This document shows, piece after piece, positions 54,343 through 64,000 of a stretch of DNA of 64,000 nt (within the stretch, counting starts at the first letter, position 1; each line of letters opens with the position of its first letter). The DNA comes from Bugula neritina (taxonomy: Eukaryota > Animalia > Bryozoa): positions 9,992,698 through 10,056,697 of the forward strand of contig OZ037765.1 in NCBI GenBank assembly GCA_964035545.1. Direction: 5' to 3'. The translations under genes were made by a program, and so were the position numbers. The notes beneath the pieces were generated by a model. The model was not told the origin of the DNA, did no database searches, and saw only the letters and a program-made list of their open reading frames with translations.

Positions 54343-57300
54343 TCACTGAGTAGAAGTGCCTGGCGTATTATTGCCGGCAATTTTTGCTGCAGTTATTTTC
54401 TGTAAGGACTGCAGAGTTGCATCTCTAATTTTCACACGAGTGGCTTCCTCGTTGCAAGCAATGTGAATAGAACCATCGAGAATCTGAATGAGCGAGTCTT
54501 CATTTTGCTGCAAAAAATAACAGAATTTTCTTTAACAAATATAAACATTTGACAACAGTACAACAGAGTCTACCGCATGTTTCTGTACCTTAATGTATAT
54601 GGTGCAATATATAATGGTGTAATGGTGTAATATATACAGCTGCATATATCTTACACCTGACCAGCCAGCAGTGACAACAGTTTAAAGTAAATACTAACCA
54701 AATCAATGATAAAATTGCCTCCATCTGCATCTTCTACCTTTGCATCTTTAATGCCATACTAAAAATACACCATACGATATCTTACAAACTATGAGGTGAA
54801 ATATTATATCATGTATTGACCAAATTCAATTATAATATATGAATAAACCATAGCATTGCTGAATGTTATTGCTTATATTGACGTCACTACAGGTTATTCC
54901 ACAAAGATACTTTGAGTTAAAAATTTAAAAGACTGAAAAACTTTCTGTTTGCGCTTCAAAATGTTAGTTTTATTGAGAATATGAAATATTTTATTACATC
55001 TAAAGCATAAAACAATACAGCATAAAATATGCTGAGCAATATATACAGAAGAACTTTTAGTTCCATCAAACAACCTTGACATTACAATAAAATATTAGAA
55101 CTTTTCATTATTTTCAACTAGAAATAATTGATCATTCAATGAAAGCGTGTGGACATACACTCCATCTGAACTACTGCACACAAAGAGCTATACCTGCTCA
55201 AGTCTTTGAATAAACTCTGCAATATTCAAGTTGCCATAAAGTATTGGTTTTTGTAACTTTCTTTTCTTCCCTCTAATGGCATCAGGTCCTAATGGCTAGA
55301 AAAACACAAAGAAAACTGTAATTTTAGTCTTCATGTTCCAATTAAATTAGTATATATTAGAAACCAATAATAAATTTAATAAAAGCCTGCACCTTTGGCG
55401 TTAAATTTAACAAGATCAATTTTACACAGTAAATGATTTTTGAAACATTTTTAAATACATGTACAAAGTGATGGGATTTTGTTGGTAATTCCCAGCCATG
55501 AACATCTTGGAGGTCAACAGTTTACTGAAATCTCTCAGAAGTTGTTCCCACATCTGTACAATATAGAGATATGCATACCTCCATGGTGTATTTGTTGTCT
55601 ACATTTCTCAGAGTTGAGGCAAGCTGTACTACCGCCACACCAGGTCTGATCTCGAATGGCACCATATCTGCTGCCAGCTACAGGAAATAGGGGTAGCAGC
55701 TTTATACTTACTGTACAAGTGAGAATAAATGATATTACAAGCAAAATTAAATGAACTTCAATTACAGTCAACATACTCATATCATGATTTACATACTCAA
55801 ACTAAAATGTATGTTCTTACAAAACGGTTTGAATAGTTACATGATAATTAATGAACTTACACTAGTGTTTATGTACTTACACTAGGGCTTATGTACTTAC
55901 ACTAAGGTTCATGTACTTACACTAGTGTTTATGTACTTACACTAGGGCTTATGTACTTACACTAGGGCTTATGTACTTACACTAAGGTTCATGTACTTAC
56001 ACTAGTGTTTATGTACTTACACTAGGGCTTATGTACTTACACTAAGGTTCATGTACTTACACTAGTGTTTATGTACTTACACTAGGGCTTATGTACTTAC
56101 ACTAAGGTTCATGTACTTACACTAGTGTTTATGTACTTACACTCGGGTTTATGTACTTACACTAGTGTTTATGTACTTACACTAGTGTTTATGTACTTAC
56201 ACTAGAGTTTATGTACGTACACTAGTGTTTATGTACTTACACTAGGGTCCATATCAATGGTTATATAAGATCTCTTCACTGGTAATACCAGCTCGTCCAG
56301 ACCTCTGTGTGTAATCAAGTGTGACTGCTGTGGATCAATTATTAAATCTGTCCTACCTAAATACGATAGTGACACTGTGTTTACACAATGTATACTACAG
56401 TGTCTACACAGCGCATATAACAGTTTTTACACATTGTATACAACAGTACCCATACAAAATATGCTACAGGGGGCAGGGGACAAAACTAAAATGGGAAGTG
56501 TAACTCCCAATAAGTAAAAGAATATTTAGAGAAAATGTACACACATATTTAGAAGAGAAAAGCCTGGGACAATGTGACATGTAAAACTGTAAACGCTAAT
56601 AATGACTACCTGGTTGAAGGGAGGGAGGTGAGGAATACTGTTCTGGTATAACAAGATACTTGGGTCTCAGGTCTCTAATTAGTTTATTAGCCTGAGAGAA
56701 GTTTAGCCTCGTGTCTATCGGGCAGTACACAACTTTCATAGAGACGGGCTGGTATGGAGCTAGTGCATTCAGGTGATTGATGTCCGGGTCTGTAATACCA
56801 CAGAAACATAACAGAATATTCATAGCATGTGTAACCAGGTGACTGAAGTTAGCAACTGTAAGTGATGTAGATGTGAGCTATAAAGAAAAAAGACACTCTA
56901 ACACTGATTCCTGGGAATGAGAGCTAACCAGTTCTGATGGTAACTTTCAACAGCAATAAGGTCAGCAGCTGCTTAGTTAATGCATCAATTGATTATTTTA
57001 ATTGTTTACTTCTTTTGTTATTGAATTAAGCATTAAATTGCTGTCGCAAAAATCACAATTGATAATTTAATTTGTATTACCAGAAAAGTGACTCCTTATG
57101 ACAGTGTATTAATAAAATACAGCCGCTTCGTGGTCACATTTACCTACCAGTGAATATGATAGCATTGTTTTTCTCTTTGGAAAATAAAGTCATGAAATGA
57201 GTCATATCTCCACAGCGCAAAGTGGGATGACTCCCAAATATTACACAAGGCGTTCTGTAACCTTCATTGAAATCACCATATATGTTTGGATAGGCTTTGA

Positions 57301-60300
57301 GTCTCCCAGATTTCAACAACTGCAAAATAATATTCAACAATATACCTTAAAACAATACAACAAATCTATTGTAACGATGGACCTCTGTTTTGTAATAAAT
57401 CCGAAGTTGTTTTCTCACAAGATAAAGAGTTCTAAACTTGGTCACTACAACAAAGCATGAAATTTCACTATTTATGTGAACGCTAAACCCAAATCAAAAA
57501 TTATAAACCCAATCTAATCAAAAATTGAACAGGAAACTTTGAGTAAAAGCTTACAACAGTTTGCATTGTTTGAGATTTGTGCCGAAGCATTTCATATTTT
57601 AAAATTTACACCTAAAAGTATTATTTTAGAATTTTACTTTGCAAAATATAGGCAAATACATAGTCTAAGCTACCCACACATGAAAATACATATTTGTTTT
57701 TAGTCAGGCTAGCTGTTGGGATTCAGGTTTATCATTACAATGCAAAAATAGTATTTGGTTATTTCTGTGAGTTTTTTGTCAAGTAAACCAACCAGTCCTT
57801 GTTTCATACTCATATATACACTTGCAACTCAATTTTTCATAGTCCATACTTTGTAAACACAGTAAATTTCTGGCTTTTATATTTGAAACAAAATGTATTA
57901 TCAATGAGGAGATAACATATACAGACTGATGGATTACATATTTAAAGATTCCAAAATAATTGGTCCGAAAAACAAGTCTTCACTCACCTCGGCATGTTGG
58001 AAAGGTGGTTCTGGCAGATATACTTTAGCTGTCTTTGCTGATGTCAGCCTGTCATAGTAGAAATAAAATAGAATAATAGTAATTACAAATATAAATTATA
58101 GTATAGTATATTTTTACGGTGTTGGTAAGCTGATGTTCCGTATTTCTCCTTCTTTTAAAACTAATAGACTCAACATCATCAGAAAATGAATAGATTGATA
58201 CCAGTGTTACGATGTTACAGCTTTTCAAAAGCACTCATGAAAGTTTGTGGAATACTTTTTTAATAAATTGTTTTGATACAAGATTTTATAGACTCCATCA
58301 TCAACACATTGAACACAAAATTTGAAAGTCAACAAGCCATGATTACTTACCACTCGGCGTAGATGTTGGAGTAAGCCAGACTGGCTTCTGCTCGCTCTGA
58401 TATGAAATACATTGGTATGTGTGCGAGGTTGGATAACTTCAAGTGATTTGCCAGACACTCAAACATGTCAAAAGTGACACCACACGGCAGACATGGTACA
58501 AGGACGTTACCTCCCTTCTTTAATGTCTCCACTAAAATCATTCACCAGTATATTAAGCTTAAAACCGAAATTCAAATGAAGAGAATGAATGATGGTTATT
58601 CTAAAGGTTTTCCGACACCTAAATTTTTTATATTTTCTGAATGTTTAAAATTTACTAAACTTATCTATGTTTTTTTTTCCGATATTTTTTCACATAATAT
58701 ATTGCAATCAGCAGAGTATAAACTACTTTTGATAATTTTTCTTTTGAAATTATATATATGTAAAAAATAATTCAATACATCAATTCAACTTTTAGCAACA
58801 CAAAAATAAACTCAATAAACTCACTAGCAATAACATTATTTTTAATATTAATCACATATTAGTCCAAGTGCAAAACTTGCTCAGGAAACTTTAACTTGAT
58901 AGTTTACCAGTAGCTGTGGTGAATTCACTAATCATAGCATCAGGGTTCTGTGTAGGGGACCTGTTTAGATTTGTAATGATCATGACGTCACTTTTCTTCA
59001 ACGACGTATGTTCCATTGGCTAAACAAAGTATAGATCTCACATAACTATATGCTGAATCAAAACATTTAAAATGACTTCATATTCAAATTTGTTTGTAAC
59101 AGAACTCACTCTTGGGTGAGTGGTCAATGCGCAGGATCCAGCTATGTAGGTGATTCTCTCATGGTCAGAGTCTATGATCCAGTTACAACTGCCTATACAG
59201 TATCCCGAACTGATGGCCATGATATTCAACAGTCCAAATATACTCTGAAAGAAAGAAGTTTAATCTGCATGTGTGTGTCATTATTTTACAAGTATCGTAC
59301 AGCAACACTATGATTGCGTGACAGCTGAGAGTTTGACAAATTAAACATTAGTATTACTGCACACATCAAGCAATTTATTACTAACAAGTTAAGAACACTT
59401 AAAATTGAATTCTATGAATACTGAGAGATTTATAAATCACTAACATTTTTTTCATTATATGCCACAGTATGAACCCGAGACATGCAAGAGTTGACATTCT
59501 CTTGAGTGTAGATTTGTCTCCACCTGTGATTTGTACTCAATGCAGTTAGTAGCTCAGCTGGTACTCCACTATAACAAATAACTACACAGTGTCACTTCAA
59601 TCAGCAGCACCAAGTTTGGTGTTTACATTATGAAGATAACCACTTAACTAAAACGCTTATGACAGGTAACAGGGTAACAGGTTGCTTGCACCAAGAGACC
59701 ATGCCTGAATGTGTGATCATATAATGCCCATCATAAGAATAATCAAAAGTAGAATATCAACATCTCATTTGCCATATTATCAAGAGAGCAGCGGTAGTCT
59801 AGGAGTGAGAGCGCTTGCTTAGTAAACATGAAGTCATGGTTCGAACCCTGACAAAGGCCATTGGTGATGTTAGGAAGAGCATCCAGTCATAATTGCTCCT
59901 GTCCCACATATGAACAAGTCCTTAGGCCGAGTTAACACAAACCCTTTCCATCAGGGGTTCTCACAGGGATTGTGACTATAAACTTGCTTGAGTATTTGCC
60001 GTATTATTAACAAATATTTACAACCTTGCAAACTGGTGGAGCGGCTTTTTCTCTGTAATTATATTTTCCCCAAATATTTTAGCTGCTTCAAGATTTCTTT
60101 GCAAAGTTTATATAGATTGTTTACATAAAATTATAGATCTCTCTAGAAAAGATCATTAGTGATGTTAGCAAGTGCATTCAGTCATAATTGCTTCTTTGCC
60201 ACATCATATAAACAAGCCCTTAGCTCGCTTGAAAAACCCTTTCCATCAGAAGTTCTTACAGGGATCACAACTATAAACTCATATTGCTGTGTTAAACAGC

Positions 60301-61986
60301 AGCCTGCACTTTCTTCAATATTTTACAGGTTAACTATGGAGCATTTCTCAACACATAGCATGGCAAACAATTAAATTACATTGATTTAAGACAAACACTT
60401 CCTAAGAAATATTTAACTAAAAAGCAATTGATCATAAGCTATGCTGCATAAAAATTACGTATATGATAACGATGCAATACTGGGAATTTACCTAATATTA
60501 TCATCTAGCAGTCTCAATGAGTCATGGCATGCCTCTGCTTCACCCAAGTATTTGATTAGTTCCTCCATAAGATGCCTACAAATTTAGACTACAAGTTTAT
60601 GGCAACAGTTCATAGTATATGCACATTAATAAAGTAGAACGCCTTTTCAATTGTAGCTTTCAAAAGCATAGATCTGACAAATTAAGTGAACAAATTATTA
60701 TTCTAAAGGTAATCAACATCTAAATGATTTACTTGTGTAATATCTCCTTTCTTTTCATCACCAGCAAACTCAATAGCAGGACAGTGGTGATGAATTTACT
60801 TATACTTTGTATGATAATATGTCTAAAACAGTTATCCTTCCCGATATATAGGTTTTCTAAGAGTAAAAGCTTACCTTCCTGTCTGAACAGTCGGGTCCGT
60901 TGCATATATTGTTCCCCTGAAACCAGTGCCTTCGGTGACGAAAGGCAATGCCAATATTGAGAGATAATTGGAAACAATTATCGCATCTAAATTATTGAGA
61001 TTAATAGCATCTATCTACAAACATGGATAGCCGCTATTGCAAAAAATTAAGAGAAAATGTAATTAAAAAATAAACAGAATCTATCGAAACCAATGAAAGA
61101 AACATTGAATGCAAAACAATTTTTTTAAAGCCAAGTGAAATGCATTGTTTTTCTAACCAAAGCTGACAATGATCACTGTAGACGTAAATTTGAATGTTTA
61201 TTAAAACACTATTATGTTTTCAAATTATAGCAATAGTTACTTACTTCAGGTGTGCTAACCATTGGTTCAGAGTCAAAGAAAAATCTCCTATTTACTTCTT
61301 TGATATTCTAAAATTATAATTATTAGTGCATTATGTTAATATTCATTCTACAATTTAAAAAGGTTCAATCATTACAAACCTACAAAACTAACACTTCAAG
61401 CCTATAAACACCTTAACCTTTCTCATAAGCAAGAAAGTAAAAGCAAGCCTTTTTTCATAACAAAGCTACTTACACATGGTATGGCATTGTCAAGAGAATT
61501 GTTGGCATGTACCACAACATTCCCATACTGACTTGATTCTCTACAAAATGCCATATAATTCAACAAATTTCATCAATTCATTATGTGATGATGATAATAA
61601 AGAAAATGTTAGTCGATGAGTGCAGCTACTGAACAACTTACTTTGATTTGATATTAAAAATAGGCATGAAATTCAATAATGAATTCAAGTCCATTCCACA
61701 GTCCAACATGATATGGGTGTCTTTAAACTTAAGGACATAGCACGGCTGATTTGTCTCATCAGATAAAGAAAACTAGAAAGTCAAGGAATAATATACAAAA
61801 GTGACTTATAATAGGCTAAACATTTCACACAGTCATATATATAAAAAAATGCCAGCAAATAAGTTGAGTGTGAGCAGAGTAACCATAATACACAAAAACA
61901 AATTTTTAAACAAACCAAACTACATTAAGTAACTTTCAACAAAAAATAATTGAAATGAGAATTGCTCGAATACATACCAGCCGCAT
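54343..61986 (-). CDS. INTS9: Integrator complex subunit 9 (inactive metallo-beta-lactamase/beta-CASP)
   Basis: MRL|FSLSDETNQPCYVLKFKDTHIMLDCGMD; DAIIVSNYLSILALPFVTEGTGFRGTIYATDPT; SSGYCIGSCNWII; ALTTHPRPM; GGNVLVPCLPCGVTFDMFECL; YSNIYAEW; HPTLRCGD; YCPIDTRLNFSQANKLI. Stop TGA at 54345-54343. Confidence 0.95.
55851..56248. repeat. 20-bp minisatellite (~19.5 copies) derived from an INTS9 exon/intron junction
   Basis: Unit actagtgtttatgtacttac, with variants actagggctt and actaaggttc. The array abuts and overlaps the exon end at 56241. Confidence 0.95.
59787..59990 (+). mobile_element. tRNA-derived SINE copy 2 (most complete)
   Basis: A-box-like ggtagtctaggagtg and B box GGTTCGAACC (59838-59847), followed by a body shared with two other copies and a short cttg-repeat tail. 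Confidence 0.8.
60153..60280 (+). mobile_element. 5'-truncated SINE copy 3
   Basis: gtgatgttagcaagtgcattcagtcataattgct...aaaccctttccatcag..gttcttacagggat..actataaact aligns with copy 2. Confidence 0.7.
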
Positions 61987-62781
61987 AATGTAGTTGTGCT
62001 TTTCTATCGTGTCAGCAAATCTCTGCTGTAAAAGACTAACAAGCAAGAAAAAAGTTAGTTTATTGATAAACTATAGCACCCTTTCATTTTTATCAAATGA
62101 AAAATATTTCAACTTGATTATTAAGTAATTAGAAGATTGTAAACTATCATCATGGCTGCAAATTTTGCTTTCTCAATTTATCAAAGAAAATCAAAAGAGA
62201 TGATTCTGTTAATAAAAAACTATCTTAGTACATACTATATTAATATAATTATATTGATATTCCACACACAAAATTAAGTAGCACATATACTTCTAAGAAA
62301 ATAAAAAAGAACTCATGAATTGTTTAAGAAAGAATATAAATTTAAAATTAAATATTATATATATTGTTATTAGGATAGTCATATTTATATTGTATAATAT
62401 TGCTATTCAAGGAAGATCTGATTTGCTTTTACTTTAACTTTTAGACTGAGTTTTACTCACTTTTACTTTTAGATTACAAATTTACTTTAAGTTTTACTGC
62501 TATAATTAACATTATCATTACGAATCATGATGACCATCATAATTATATTTATTAATATAATTCATTTATTTTCATTTGAGTTTTAAGTTATATTAGACCC
62601 AGAGTGAGAACACACACTTTCACTTTGATAACAATCACGATAAATCATAAATGTTAGTAATCGAGACCATTGAACTATAATCCTATAGTTTCAGTTCAGT
62701 GATCGAGACAAATCAAAATGTGTAGCGCACACTAGGAAACCTTGACCCATGAAACGAAAGTCTGACATAGTTTTTTGTTGC

Positions 62782-62800
62782 CCAATTAATTGAAGACACG
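62782..62800 (+). promoter_or_regulatory. ERSE-like ER-stress response element upstream of PDIA6
   Basis: CCAAT-taattgaag(N9)-ACACG has one mismatch to CCAAT-N9-CCACG with exact spacing, ~150 bp before the PDIA6 ATG. Confidence 0.6.
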
Positions 62801-62951
62801 AAGGAAAACCTCTTTCATACGCGTTTTTAATTTTCATTCATTGAATTCAGAGTGTTGGTAGATGTGGCTATTTGTAACTGGCCAAATCACCAGGATTAAT
62901 TTTCCCTAATCGCGTCGATTAATTAAAAAAATAACAGTTACATGTAGAAAG

Positions 62952-64000
62952 ATGAAGGGACAGACCACTTTAGCTTTTGGTAAGACCTATATTTAGTGAC
63001 TAAAACTTTTAGTAAAAGTAAATTAAAAGTCAAAGAAAATGCCAAAGCCAAAGGAGTTGTTCAATTTAAACTTCATAATAATAAATACTATCATTTAATT
63101 TTATTTTTACTATTAATAATAATAGTAATACTAATAGTAGTAGTAATTTAATTAGTATTACTACTATTAGTATTACTGTTGACGTTGTCTGTTATTATAA
63201 GTATTAAGTTTAATAAAACTATTATTAATTGGCAATTACAATAATATTATTATTATACTTGATATAAATATTGCTATTACTATAACTATAACTATTAGTA
63301 TTACTATTAGACTTTTGCTAATAGTAATACTAATAGTAATAGTAATACTTATACTACCTTATAACACAAACTTAAACTCAGCTTAGCTAATACAGTAATA
63401 GTAATGCTATGTGCTAAAAATAAAACCCTAGGCCTATGGGGCATGGGCTATAACAGTGTAAGTATCAGTATAAATTACGGTTAAAAATTTAACAGAAGTT
63501 CAACAGCTACACCTTAGAGCTAAAATAAATTTACTCCAACATATGATAAATCTAAACAAACACAGCACAAGATGAAGACTAAGAGGCACTCATGACTTTG
63601 ACTTTACCAAAGTGAAAGTGTTTTGATTTTTGTGAGTAGGGACTGAGTTAATGATACTGAAAGTGAATCTGATACTTCAACTCTGAAACTTGAGAGTCAA
63701 GACTTCATAGTTAAGAGTAAAATCAAGAGCGTATTGATATTCATATTTATAAAGATTAACATATTAATAATAATATTAAATATGTTTATATTAATATAAA
63801 AATAATAATATAATAATACATTTTGTTAAGTTTGTACATTGGCTACATTTATCTGTATACACTGCATATATATTTTATAGGGTTGGTGCTGTTGGTTCCA
63901 TTTGCCTTTGCTCTATACAGTTCATCTGATGATGTCATACAACTTACTGGAACAGACTTTGACAGAAAAGTTATCAGCAGCAATGAACTGTGGATCGTTG
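62952..64000 (+). CDS. PDIA6: Protein disulfide-isomerase A6 (P5), first two coding exons; continues beyond the window
   Basis: Exon 62952-62979 (MKGQTTLAF) plus the exon from 63881 gives a signal peptide followed by LYSSSDDVIQLTGTDFDRKVISSNELWIV, matching the PDIA6 mature N-terminus. Confidence 0.85.

Noticed and set aside
55851-56248. Regular repeat with variable segments resembling a CRISPR array
   Set aside because: The units are contiguous 20-mers without unique spacers, inside a spliceosomal intron, and no cas genes are present.
59787-59860. Possible tRNA gene
   Set aside because: It has a B box but no complete cloverleaf, and it continues into a body repeated elsewhere, so it is a SINE head.
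60729-60870. Apparent extra INTS9 exon from the ORF track
   Set aside because: The INTS9 model is continuous without it (…QTGR|HLMEEL…), and the ORF is in a different frame from the true exon.

Overview
AT-rich, intron-rich eukaryotic (metazoan, probably marine invertebrate) genomic DNA. The ORF track shows only exon fragments, so gene models were rebuilt by hand from GT-AG junctions and reading phase. Gene order: DNAH3-type axonemal dynein heavy chain 3' end (+); F-type-lectin-like remnant (+); CCDC160-like (+); TTC26/IFT56 (+); an unrecognised two-exon Pro/Ser/Thr-rich gene (+); a VWA + double-Cache (CACHD1/alpha2delta-like) gene (-); a decayed R4-clade-like non-LTR retrotransposon (-); GIPC (+); a cytosolic sulfotransferase (+); an SLC46-like MFS transporter (+); INTS9 (-); and the 5' end of PDIA6 (+). 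Introns hold three copies of a tRNA-derived SINE, a MITE, several hairpins and minisatellites. I see no prokaryotic-type system such as CRISPR. The most unusual observations are (1) a ~19-copy tandem amplification of INTS9's own 5' splice site, where every distal donor leads to an in-frame stop, and (2) a Cache protein with an intact MIDAS, two intact amino-acid-binding motifs, a 6-Cys insert and a GPI-like tail. Homology calls come from my recall of family sequences, not from searches, and exon boundaries are approximate to a few nt.
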